DNA of 63,290 nt, counting the filler, from Basidiobolus ranarum (Eukaryota), in assembly GCA_040143965.1 (NCBI GenBank). It is 2 parts of 2 records of this genome, joined end to end, with 100 filler letters (N's around TTAATTAATTAA, not from the genome) between each part and the next. Parts side by side here need not be neighbours in the genome. Positions count along the whole stretch, not along the records: positions 31,835 to 63,290 come from JASJQH010000089.1; 1 more part is not named here. One strand, 5' to 3'. The notes under the pieces are model-generated. The model did no database searches and was not told the origin of the DNA. It saw only the letters and a program-made list of their open reading frames with translations. The position numbers and the translations under genes were made by a program. Positions 38,846 to 50,176 of this stretch are shown here, piece after piece (within the stretch, counting starts at the first letter, position 1; each line of letters begins with the position of its first letter).

Positions 38846-39223
38846 ATGTTCCAGAGAGCGGACTCCAGTGGTATGTATTCAGCAAGTTATTGCGACTCTG
38901 TATTCATAGAGAAAATCAACGTCAACCTCAAGTCTACCACTAGTGTGGTAAAAGAGAATGTGGGAGAAACCTTTATGGTAGCCGAAGGCAAGACGAAAAC
39001 AAATGAAAGTAATGTCGAATTTGAGAGAGCTCAGGCCGAGGGATACGCACAGAGTGCTGTCGAGAAATTTACGGGAGATGTGAATGATACGATAGGCAGT
39101 GAACAGATGCAGGCTGAGAGTACGATTAGCCATACCAAGGGTGATACCCACATGAGGGACCAACACAGGCGAGACCTGCCACCCCAGATGTTTCGCAAGA
39201 GGCTCCACAAAATAATGAATTAA
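38846..39223 (+). CDS. CsbD/Hmp1-like small stress protein, possibly degenerate
   Basis: VKENVGET...AEGK...EFERAQAEGYAQSAVEKFTG..NDTIGSEQMQAE.TISHTKGD resembles fungal CsbD-family (Hmp1) repeats; start codon uncertain. Confidence 0.6.
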   Translation: MFQRADSSGMYSASYCDSVFIEKINVNLKSTTSVVKENVGETFMVAEGKTKTNESNVEFERAQAEGYAQSAVEKFTGDVNDTIGSEQMQAESTISHTKGDTHMRDQHRRDLPPQMFRKRLHKIMN

Positions 39224-40773
39224 TTCTATGGGTGAAATTTCTTGAATAAATAGTGCTACAAATTAAATATTATCACGCATATAGTTCAATGGTTCAAATA
39301 CCGGTGGGGAGTGAGTGATTTGCTTGGCATCCACGATCATGGTACCCCGATTGTGTAGGACAGCAGTTGAATAAATTCCATTTATGATATCAAGAAATCA
39401 AGTCTCACCAAACTTTCAGACAAACCGCTGTTCTTTGGGGTTGATACCTGGTTGTCAAACTTATACTGTGGGTCTGGATCCTTTTTCAAGCGACTTTGGA
39501 TACTTATAAACGTAAACCAATGCTCACTGGCTCTCCGTTCACTAACTCCTACTCCAGGTGGTGCTTTTCGAGAAACCAATTCCGATACATCTGAATCTCC
39601 AAGAAGTAACACTGGAATCATGAGGTCATTGGCGACCGCGCCACAAGGGGGACTACTGGTTGCACTTCGTACAAATTGCGTCTCCAGATTCTTTTCTGTG
39701 ACGAAGTATGTCAGTGAAGTGAAGTGATTAGGTGGAATTTATGAATTGATTTTTCTCAAGTGATTTGGCCAGAAAGTGCTTCCTCTGGTTTCACCTAATC
39801 GAGAAAAGAAACACGCTCGCTCGCATTTGCCGAAGTTACAAAAGTTGGTGATTGTTTAGGAGATATTAATTTGCGTGTATGTTCCCAAGAGTAGATAACA
39901 AGAAGTTCATTCCTGTGTCACATGAATCAATACATTTATAACTGTTAAATTGCACTATAATGTTATAATTAACCTGACATCTATAGGAATACTCAGTTGT
40001 CAAGGAATGAGTTCATATTAAGTTTAGTTTATTGTATACACTTGCTTGGTCAATGATTTCACTCTTTCTGCGGCCTAAAACCTCAGCTTTGGTAAGTTAT
40101 TGGCTCGACCAGAAATGGGAACTCTTAAACACTCACACAGTTTGAGAACACTAGTCCTTATCACTCTTAAAGGAATGACCTTAACACTCTGACTTATGAA
40201 CGTGGAAGAATAGAGAAGAAACTAGATCATATTGTATTGGATGCAAGCTCATAGATCAAAAATAGGATATTCATCTATTTAAAATAGCACAATAAATATG
40301 CAAATTTAATACAGCAAGTTGATTAACCATTATTGAGATGCGTTTGGTGAAGCAAGATGCTGGATTAACTGGAACCCTATTGAGAACGATCTATACATGA
40401 TAGATTTACAGCGGAGCTCTGATAACACCTCCATATTTCAAATATTCCAACACAATATGTAACAAATGGCATATTAAGAACAATCTAGAATTATTGGTAT
40501 ATTGCCTGAATAATGAAAGAGAAAAGAATGACTTCGAGTATGTTTCAATAGAACTCAACAGTAAATAGTAATATGGGAAAATAAATTAATACGATATGTT
40601 GTGAATGTATATACGCGCTGAAAGCATTGCCTGACCAAGATATTCGTTACTAACATTAGTGAAAACTTTCTGCATCAACAATATCAACATAGCATGAATT
40701 AGAGAACGAATGAATTTCTTTTAATTCGACAAAGTGTTATTGATATAACTAAGTTATTTCTTAATTACAAGCA

Positions 40774-41973
40774 TTAAAGAGTACGTGATTGGTTTTGTTG
40801 ACCACGTCTTCCGTTAAAACCTCTTTCATATTTGTTATCTTGCTCGTCTTCTTCATATTGACGACCATAACGAGAGCGAGGATAGTTTTGCTGACCGCGT
40901 TTACCATTAAAACCTCTTTCATACTCGTTATCTTGCTCATCCTCATATTGACGACCATAACGAGAGCGAGGATAGTTTTGTTGACCATGTCTTCCGTTAA
41001 AACCTCTCTCGTATTCGTTATCTTGTTCATCCTCATATTGACGACCATAACGAGAACGGGGATAGTTTTGTTCACCACGTCTTCCGGCCAATCCTCTCTC
41101 GTATTCATTATCGCGCTCATCTTCTTCATATTGACGACCATAACGAGAGTGAGGATAGTTTTGTTGGCCACGTCTGCCGTTAAAACCTCTTTCATACTCG
41201 TTATCTTGCTCATCCTCATATTGACGACCATAACGAGAGCGAGGATAGTTTTGTTGACCATGTCTTCCATTGAAACCTCTCTCGTACTCATTATCTTCCT
41301 CTTCGTACTGGCGACCATAACGAGAGCGAGGGTAGTTTTGTTCACCACGTCTTCCGGCCAATCCTCTTTCATACTCGTTATTTTGCTCATCTTCTTCATA
41401 TTGACGGCCATAACGAGAACGAGGATAGTTTTGTTGACCACGTCTGCCGTTAAAACCTCTTTCATACTCGTTATCTTGCTCATCCTCATATTGACGACCA
41501 TAGCGAGAGCGAGGATAGTTTTGTTGACCACGTCTGCCGTTAAAACCTCTTTCATACTCGTTATCTTGTTCATCCTCATATTGACGACCGTAACGGGAAC
41601 GAGGATAGTTTTGTTGACCATGTCTTCCATTGAAACCTCTCTCGTACTCATTATCTTGCTCATCCTCTTCGTACTGGCGACCATAACGAGAGCGAGGGTA
41701 GTTTTGTTCACCACGTCTTCCGGTCAATCCTCTTTTGTACTCATTATTTTGCTCATCTTCTTCATATTGACGGCCATAACGAGAACGAGGATAGTTTTGT
41801 TGACCACGTCCTCCATTCAAACCTCTTTCGTATTCGTTTTCTTGCTCATCTTCTTCATATTGACGACCATAACGAGAGCGAGGGTAGTTTTGTTCACCAC
41901 GTCTTCCGGTTAATCCTCTCTCGTATTCATTGTTCTGTTGGTTACGTTCTCCAGACTGTTGGTTGTTGGTCAT
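40774..41973 (-). CDS. 399-aa tandem-repeat protein (12 full + 1 partial units, consensus YERGFNGRRGQQNYPRSRYGRQYEDEQDNE)
   Basis: Intronless ORF with aaaATG context and TATAAAA ~85 nt upstream. Many differences between units are synonymous in this frame and all indels are whole codons. Confidence 0.85.
   Translation of the reverse strand: MTNNQQSGERNQQNNEYERGLTGRRGEQNYPRSRYGRQYEEDEQENEYERGLNGGRGQQNYPRSRYGRQYEEDEQNNEYKRGLTGRRGEQNYPRSRYGRQYEEDEQDNEYERGFNGRHGQQNYPRSRYGRQYEDEQDNEYERGFNGRRGQQNYPRSRYGRQYEDEQDNEYERGFNGRRGQQNYPRSRYGRQYEEDEQNNEYERGLAGRRGEQNYPRSRYGRQYEEEDNEYERGFNGRHGQQNYPRSRYGRQYEDEQDNEYERGFNGRRGQQNYPHSRYGRQYEEDERDNEYERGLAGRRGEQNYPRSRYGRQYEDEQDNEYERGFNGRHGQQNYPRSRYGRQYEDEQDNEYERGFNGKRGQQNYPRSRYGRQYEEDEQDNKYERGFNGRRGQQNQSRTL
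40790..41930. repeat. Coding minisatellite, 87-93 bp unit, ~12.6 copies
   Basis: Recurrent catattgacgaccataacgagagcgaggatagttttgttgaccacgtct on the + strand. Confidence 0.97.
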
Positions 41974-42057
41974 TTTAAAGATTCAAACGATTCTTACTAG
42001 TGTGGTATTTAGTTGAAGTAGTGATCGGATGCAGGAATCGAAAGGATTTTGCCCGAC

Positions 42058-42064
42058 TTTTATA
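42058..42064 (-). promoter_or_regulatory. Candidate TATA box of the repeat-protein gene
   Basis: TATAAAA on the - strand, ~85 nt upstream of the ATG at 41973. Confidence 0.6.
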
Positions 42065-42729
42065 GGAGAAATGTGGCTTATACAGTGTGAAATTTGTTTG
42101 AATATGAGCCAAGCCACCATAGTTCAATAACATCATAGAATTTGAAAAAGACGATTTTTGATCGCGGTTAAAGTAAGCATTTTAGCTGCTGGCTCATAAC
42201 AGTTGTTGTAGAATATTCTTGTTTTATAATCTAAGCATTAAATATCATGAAGGTGTTAGGTCATCTACTAATGATTGCTGCGATAAGATTGTTGCGAGTT
42301 TGGTACTACTGCTAAGCCACCTAGCTCATAATCTAGCACATCATTTGCATAAATGAATCGTGTTACTTATTACTTGAACTGACAGACAGGTGCAGCTAAG
42401 ATCAACTTGATTAGACATATATCAAATATGAAACAGCTAACAATGTTCATATAATTCACCACTATTTTTACTAGCTTCGTTTGGTATTTATAAATAGTAA
42501 AGTTTTGTCATCAATAGTAATAGTATCTTTTCAAGTACTTCAACTGATATTCCCTATGGCATATACATTATGAAAACTAATATAGCTATTTTATAACTAG
42601 TCATGTGAGCTAGGATGCATTCTGTTGGAGTGTATGGTTTTGGTTTCTTATATAACTAACTGTTTCTTGGTGCAAATTTGAAATACACATGGTGTGTATA
42701 TATTTATTGCTTTCAAAAGAAATTCAACG

Positions 42730-43135
42730 GATACTAGCTGGGGATACGTAAACTTCAGATATGAATACGGTGGTTCAAACTTTGCCAAGAAAGTAGAACA
42801 GTAACTGAAATCCGGTGCTATCTGTAGTGGAAATTCTGATACTATTGAGTCTCCCCAAACTTCTGCAACTACAGAATCCACATCAGCTACTGCAAGTCAG
42901 CCTGTTATCAGCCCATCACCACCTACTGGTACCTCCGCGAGACTGTCATTCAGATCTACTGCTGTCCCTTCTTATCCAGTTCAAGGAGGAGGCTTTACTA
43001 TAAGCCAAATGGGATGTAATAAATAAGATTATACTAGGTGTGACAATAGCAAGTAGCTACTGAGTCCATATAGCTCCAAGTAGTCGCTGCATTGCGTTAA
43101 AACGTGCGTCTACAGTTTACTGCGATTGGGCTACT
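42730..43135 (+). pseudogene. Decayed C-terminal remnant of a chitinase-like gene (S/T/P linker plus CBM19-like Cys module)
   Basis: YGGSNFAKKVEQ*LKSGAICSGNSDT..TSATTESTSATASQPVISPSPPT...QMGCNK*DYTRCDNSK*LL...RCIALKRASTVYCDW, with in-frame stops and a frameshift. Confidence 0.55.
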
Positions 43136-43934
43136 GGTAAGGATGCTCAAAGTTGTAGAGTTAGCAGATCACTTAGTGAATTTAAGCATGAGGGAGACCT
43201 TACTTGATTAATGGAGGAATACTTCAAGACAGATTTAAAGATATTCCATAATTGAGTGCACTAATCTTGTAATAAATATTGGACTTCATTTTGGTTATTA
43301 GTAAATATGTAGATGCTATGAGGTAAGTATTGAAACATAGTAACATATAAAGTATTAAGATATTTCATGGTCAGTGCCTACCATAATATGGCTAACGATA
43401 GTACAGTATTTGGCGTATCATTTTTTATGTAAGGCCTTACTAATGTTCACTGACCTGTTCTTAGTGTCAAAATATGGACATTTTGAGAGTGTTTTTGCGA
43501 TACGGAGTTATGTTGATGCCTATTCATTGATCCGAACTTAAATATTACACTTTTGGAGTAAGGCTAAGAGTATATGGTTAATGTTGTGCTCAAAATATGT
43601 GCGTGTAATTTGAACTTTTATTTCTTGCGTGACCCCCATATACTAAATGGTTATTTTGATATTGAAATGGGTTTTGTCTGGCAAAAGAATGGTAACCAAT
43701 ATAATTGATTAATGTAGGAAATACAAAACTGATGCAGAAAATAAACCACAAGAATGTGACTCCGATACAAGTTAAATATACAGCATATCGAAAGTATAAA
43801 AGATATGAAGGAATCGATCTCAAAGTAGTGTAAAAATTCAGTTGTTTATACAATTTAGAGAATATGTATACAATAGCATATGATATATAGAGACAAAAGC
43901 GAAAGGGAGGAGATAAAAACATAATGAGAAACGA

Positions 43935-45512
43935 TTAGCATTCGAGGCTATCGTATTTTCTGAACAAGAAATAGAAGATCCCAGTCATAACTCCCATCAG
44001 TCCAGTTTGAATTCCAAATACATATACAAAGTTGGGGTCATTACTCCACACTGCCAAGATTAGCCCGATCAAACTGCCACCACAATTGGTGAACAAGAAT
44101 AGAGCAGTAACAACGGATTTAAGTTCAGGCGCAGCTTGTCGGAATGCAAATTCAAGTCCAGTCACCGAGGCGAAAATCTCGGATATTGAGATACCAATGA
44201 ATGGAATGATTTGCCACCAGATGGAAATATCATTGACTGGATCTTGTCCCGCAGGTAAGTTACTCAAGTCGGTGAAATTGTAGTATGGCCCGGTCTTGTA
44301 CACTTGCGATTGAAGAACGGTGACAAAGATGAAGGCTAGAGTTGCGATAGTGAATCCAATGGTAATTCTCGTGATAGGACCAAGGCGGCATCCCATTCTT
44401 CTTAAAATTGGAAAGACAATGGTGTCAAATATAGGAATGGCAACAACTAGAACGAGACTATTGATGAGATTAAGTTGTTCAGGACCGCTGATAAAAGAAG
44501 GACGCTGCATAGTAAGCCCCATATTGATGAAGTTATCTGACATGTTGTAATACAAAGCCCAGTAGAAGGGGTAGAACAAGAATACTAAAGATGCACGCAA
44601 AGTCTTCTTTAGGTCATCCACGAAGGCGTCGTTCCACTCGAATCCGTCCACTTTGGCATAATCCAGCCAATGTTCAATAATCCCATTGGTTTTGGCATTA
44701 TCTAGAGGAGTTTTACGATGAGAAAGAGCATACTTGATACAATTGTAGGTTTTGGAGAGCACGGTGCCGGATGGAGGCTTAACAAAGTAGAATCTTTTGG
44801 CAGAAATAAAAATAATCAGCCCCAATACAAACATAATGGCTGGAAGAGAGAATGCAAGGGGATAAGATCCATAGTTGTTGGCAACAATAGGACAGATGAA
44901 CTGGCCCAGCAACGCGCCAAGGTTAATAGCCCAATAAAAGAAACGGAAAATTCTTTCTACAGTGAGTTGGGAGTCAATGTATACACCCGGAGTCTTGGTT
45001 GCAAAGAGACCCTCTTTAATTTGTTCAGCAGCAAAGGACGAAACATTGGATTTAATGCCACCAGTACCAAAGGCGATGAATGCATATAAGGCAATGATGT
45101 AACCGATCACTCCAAAACTTCCGTCAAGAGAAGTTGGAAGTGCACTAAGTGCCAGGATGATCAAACCGATCATATAAAAGATGGAGAATATGACGATGGT
45201 TTTGAATTTTCCGAGGTATTTATCAGCAATAATGGCTCCAAGGATGGTAGTAAAGTATGCCATAAATTGGAAACCTCTGTTTACGGCAGTTGCGGTACCC
45301 TTACTAAAACCCAGCATCTTTAACATGTAAGGTTGAAATAGGAGAGAGGCCCCATAAAAGGCAAAGCGTTCACATAATTCAGTGATGATGATAAACCAGG
45401 CGGCGATAGGCACTTTTCCAGCAATACGAAGCTTAATATCTTCAGGGTTGAGTTGACTCTCTGTTTCGTAGTCAACTTCTGTGTCATGTTCAATCTTTTT
45501 TTCTCCACTCAT
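43935..45512 (-). CDS. PTR2: POT/PTR2 family di/tripeptide transporter, intronless
   Basis: ELCERFAFYG (ExxERF motif), GAIIADKYLGKFKTI, GTGGIKSNVS, FYWAINLGAL, EIFASVTGLEFA. Likely start MSGEKK at 45512. Confidence 0.96.
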   Translation of the reverse strand: MSGEKKIEHDTEVDYETESQLNPEDIKLRIAGKVPIAAWFIIITELCERFAFYGASLLFQPYMLKMLGFSKGTATAVNRGFQFMAYFTTILGAIIADKYLGKFKTIVIFSIFYMIGLIILALSALPTSLDGSFGVIGYIIALYAFIAFGTGGIKSNVSSFAAEQIKEGLFATKTPGVYIDSQLTVERIFRFFYWAINLGALLGQFICPIVANNYGSYPLAFSLPAIMFVLGLIIFISAKRFYFVKPPSGTVLSKTYNCIKYALSHRKTPLDNAKTNGIIEHWLDYAKVDGFEWNDAFVDDLKKTLRASLVFLFYPFYWALYYNMSDNFINMGLTMQRPSFISGPEQLNLINSLVLVVAIPIFDTIVFPILRRMGCRLGPITRITIGFTIATLAFIFVTVLQSQVYKTGPYYNFTDLSNLPAGQDPVNDISIWWQIIPFIGISISEIFASVTGLEFAFRQAAPELKSVVTALFLFTNCGGSLIGLILAVWSNDPNFVYVFGIQTGLMGVMTGIFYFLFRKYDSLEC

Positions 45513-46960
45513 GATGGACTGTGTATGATTACTGAGTAGCAATAAAGTTATGAATTTCAAGTACGACTTGGAGGTTTCTTTTATAGACTGACATTCCTAA
45601 GTCGCGAGAGGAAAGTGTCACATTAGGAAAATCAATTGAATAGTAGCATTCTTTCTAATATGCCCGATTTGATCGATAGTTCTCCACATTAAGTATATCA
45701 ACCTACATTAAACTTATATTCAATCTTGAAAGTAACACAACTGTTCCAAGCTATCAGGCAACCGTATTTGGTAACAAATATTGCTAAAATAAGTAGAAGC
45801 GGTGATTTTGGATCAGATTAATAACAATTAGACCAATCAAATGCCTGAATGCCAAGCCTATGCGGACAAAACTGTTAAAGGAAACGCGATGGAAGTTTTG
45901 ATCATGGGAATCATCAACTTGACTAACTTGCAGGTGGACATGAGGCATTATATTTGGTTATAGAAGTTCCCGAGAGAGTTTACATATAGTACTATATTGT
46001 TGTAATTGCAGAACTACTCACCAAATCAAACTTCAACTAATTAGTTAAGGTGAACATCAAGATGCGTTTGTTTAAGTTATTCATGAACTACTATATATTA
46101 TCCCATTCAAGTGTAAAAACCTACGACATCTTTACAAAGTCCATAAATCTTGACGTACCAATGGCAGAATAATAAAAATCCCATATCTCCGCAACACTAG
46201 AGTATACTCATGTTGTTGTATAGGTATTTGAGACAGTAGTGGAAATTGCTAAAATTGCTGCGGTGGTGATAGCGACTGGTTGACGAACACCGTGTATAGA
46301 ATTCATCACTGGTAGGTGTCTGAGTAGTGTTATCCCATTAGTGGTTTCATTCAGAAAGAACAAAGGTGAGGCGTACTGCGTGGATTCTAGTACAACAGTT
46401 GCTGACAGTATTGGGTTAAGAGAGTGACATATGTATGAAACTTGGTCCTGGATTTCCACTTGTTCAGTTACTTAAATTTACTTTACTATACTCAATATCA
46501 TGTCACAATACATAAAGTACCACTTTTAACAACTGAATTCAATTATCAACACATAATGGTGAAGGTAGAATCAACAGGTCTGAGCATAATGTTGTTTTGC
46601 AATTTTTTATCGATCTTGTAGAGTATAAGCTGCTCAAGTAAATATTTTGGAGCCTTGAGTTGTCTATATAGTTCCTGCGCATGGAGTACCTTTATAATAG
46701 TTACTCAAAAACCCAATTACCTTGAGTAGACGAGGCAACAAAGAGAAAGCACATACATATTATTGGAGAATGTGTTATATAGATTCATCATAATTAATTG
46801 ATTTTTGTTCGTGCTGAGAACTTCAACGTTGTACCTCGATTTTCTCTTCCAAGTTGCACATCAAAATAATAAAATCCATTTAATTTGAATGGATTCAACA
46901 TTTAGCATGACTCCAGCAAAAACTGCTTATACCTGGTGGTATTGAAATATCTTGGGAGTT

Positions 46961-47257
46961 TGGTGGAAGTGGCTTGGAGAACTAGAAGGACTGATGGCTT
47001 TCACTTATTGAATAATTGAGTAGAAAGTTGACATTTATGTTTTTGTCAAGAAATGAACAAAACAACATACAGAATCTGTTCAGGAGGATCTTAGAAACGT
47101 GTATGCAAAGTGCGGAGCTTCTAACCCAAGTTTGAAAAATCTATATATCTGAGAACTTCTAAGTAAATTCCTCTTGCGAATAGTGAATGATATCTTAGTT
47201 CAATATGGAATAACTAAATATGACTATATAGATATTTAGGCTTTGCTAATTTCAATA
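46961..47257. mobile_element. Solo LTR, same family as 2602-2929 and 2977-3303
   Basis: Shares aaagttgacatt, tgcaaagt and gtttgaaaaatctatatat.tgagaacttctaag with copy A; termini are degenerate (tggtg...caata). Confidence 0.75.
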
Positions 47258-48476
47258 AAAACGCGAAATCAAGTGCTTAGAAATAGGCCCAGTAACATTC
47301 AAATACAGCATGTAACCATCCATCACAACATTGGGGATCAAGACTTAGGGACCAGAACAACTGTGAAAGTTAGGGCACAAAACTAACTTATTAGCAGTAC
47401 TGAATACTGATAACATTACTCAGAGCGGAACTACTAACGCAAGTCAAAGACTATTATTAGAGCTCTAACTAAGCTGTATGTTAAATATAAAGTTGAAGTA
47501 TTGAATAAATACAGATATCTTATTATTTAAGAAATGCTTGCAAAAAAGTGAATTAGCTATGAGTTATAGGGCACTTAGTGAGCCCTAATTATGACTATCT
47601 ACACCAGAGATGCCCATAGCAGATGCATGTAGGTAATCTAAGGTAAAGATCGTATAATTTCAAGATTTTTTAATACTTTTTAGATGAACTTAGGGTAAGG
47701 TTAAAAGGTGTTGCTAACCTTGTATTTTAAAGCCCATATCTCTGATATGGAAAATACTCCTCTGATCTACTCAGTAGAGGCATCAACTTTGTGGGGGTAA
47801 TTATCGATCTTGAAGAAGTGATAGCATTAATGAAGCAAAAATGGAGTAGAGAATTATCTTAATTATTTTCACGTATTCCTGGTCGTTATGTGAGTATATG
47901 AGAATCAATGATGTAACTTAAGGTCATAATGAACAGAGCATTTTTAATGCATTTGATAGATGTTATATCATATTTATTCACGTGTATATAATAATAGTAG
48001 TAATAGTGAATTATTTAGGAGGGTTAGGGTTGGAAAAATTTTAGTCATGGTTTTAGTGTGACCAAAAAGGGTAAATTGAAAGTCCGCTTAGATAAAGAGG
48101 TTGATCAAAAATTCGCATACATAATGGAGAACATAATATTGTCACACAAACTAGATAAGATTTTTATTGAGGAAAACAAATGGCCAAGTTCAATCTATGG
48201 GCGGAGGATTGGTATTAGGGTACACATTTACTTGTCATACTAACTGGTTTAGTCAAAAGGGGCTAAATTGAATAGAAGGAAGGGAACGTAGGGGAGAGGG
48301 GAAGGGAAGGGAAGAAAGGAAAGAGAAGAGAAGGGAGAGGAAGAAAGAAAGAAAGAAAACCAACACAAGGAGATTATTGAGAGGAATGGGAACGTTAGGA
48401 ACATTTGTAACCTTTTGAGATTAGAAACGAGCATGTTGAGATGATAATGACGGCGGATGGAAAATGCATGTATGGT

Positions 48477-50176
48477 TTATGTGCAGCACGAACGGCACGT
48501 TAGAACTTCCATAAATCTAGCCCAAAATCCTTTATCTACCTCACCGGTTTGATGAGGGGATGGTGATACGTCATTGCTTCTCGACTCATAATGCCTTTGG
48601 CTACGATGCTGATGACTACTGTTGGGACTTCTACTATGCTGAGGGCGATGTTGAGAATTACGAGGCGTAGTGTTACGCTCGGGTTGCAGGTAAGACTGAG
48701 AACCATGGTCACTTAACTACAAGACAGGAATACTTGAGTACAGATCAAATTGATACCAAACCTAAATCGACCTTACCTCACTCTTGGCACTTTTATCATT
48801 CAACATCCAATCAAAGATACCATCATCGCGTTCACCCATCTTCTCAAGGGCTCGGTCGAACAACCCACGCAAGTATTTGTAATCGGGATTCGCGTCGAAC
48901 CCAAGTTCTCTAGCATACTTTAGATAGTCTCCGAACTCCTCTGTTTACGATGTTTGGTTAGATGGAAATGGTCACTTAATGAAGGTGGAAGATGTCGCAC
49001 TTACCAGGATAGCCTTGACCCAACTCTTTGATTGGAGTGGTCTGTTTCTTCTCTCCAATTCGTTGATATTTTTGCTTGTTATTAGCCGCTTTCAATCCTT
49101 GCCAGGGAAGAGCTCCCTTCAAGAAATACATAATGACATGACCCAGAGCCTCCAAGTCATCCCTGCGTGATTGCTCTAACAAGATAGATGAGGAAAGGTG
49201 CTTTAGAACCAATTAAATTGCATCATACGGTACCTCGACCAAGATGAGTATTGATGCTCATATAACGAGCAGTACCACTCAAGCTCTTACGCTCTCTGTA
49301 AGGGATATGTTGCTTAGTCTTGGGATCACGATAGTATTTAGCCATTCCAAAATCCACCATAAACACTTGGCTAGCATGTTTCGAGTGAGGACGACCGATC
49401 AAAAAATTATCCGGCTTGATATCACGATAGATTAAATTATGTTCATGAACTGATTCCACTCTAGCGAGCTAAAAATATTCCATGAAATTGGCGAATTCAA
49501 TCAATATCTCAGTTGAATATTTTGGATGAAAGAGAGTGGTGAAAATACTAACCATTTGCTTTGCGAGCATTGCTACCGTTTTAACGCTGAACTTACGTTG
49601 ACAACCCTCGAAAAGATCTTCTAAACTAGGTCCTAAGAGGTCGATGACGAGCACGTTATAAGCATCTTCTTGGTTGAAGTAATACGCAGTAGGAATACCG
49701 GCTACACGTGAAAAATATAAGTAATGAGAGGGGGAGTTGAAAGAAAACCAAGTAAACTCACGTGTTCCAGCGAGAATCTTGTAAGTACGAAATTCGTCAC
49801 GAAGTTGCGGAACTTCAGTTTTTTTTACTTCCTATTGTAAGATGGGAGGTTCTAGTGAAGGTATATATACATATATATAATAAGGGTGTATGGAAACAAC
49901 GTTGAATCCGTTGTTATGGAGGGAAATAGGTTTGAAAAGTGTAGGATACGAATTTTATGGCAATCTGTTGGTTTTTCACCAGGTCGGTACCTAAAACAAA
50001 GTATCAAGTAACATGGATAGTTTAGTTAAAGGAAAATTTGAAAACTCTCCAAGGAATACCAATTAACCTTCGTATATAACACCAAAACTTCCCATGCCGA
50101 TCTTTTTTCCGACACGGTAATGGACACCAACTACTCCAGGAACTTCCTGGCGACCATCTTCCCGATTTTTAGACAT
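48477..50176 (-). CDS. Casein kinase I, Yck1/2 / Cki1 (gamma-like) type with C-terminal Cys-Cys, multi-exon
   Basis: MSKNREDG...[71 protein letters not shown]; ends [17 protein letters not shown] (palmitoylation-type tail). Confidence 0.93.

Noticed and set aside
39382-39727. GC-richer stretch with overlapping short ORFs and a CTKC..SPLWR (GATA-like) fragment on the - strand
   Set aside because: Multiple stops and no second Cys pair; possibly a relic but not assignable.
40790-41930. CRISPR-like array
   Set aside because: Units are wholly repeated with no unique spacers, there are no cas genes, the context is eukaryotic, and variation is codon-structured.
46208-47900. ORF 46208-46459 (YASPLFF, RT-like) and a weak hAT-dimerisation-like phrase near 47740-47790
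   Set aside because: Similarity is limited to a few residues with no supporting flanking motifs.
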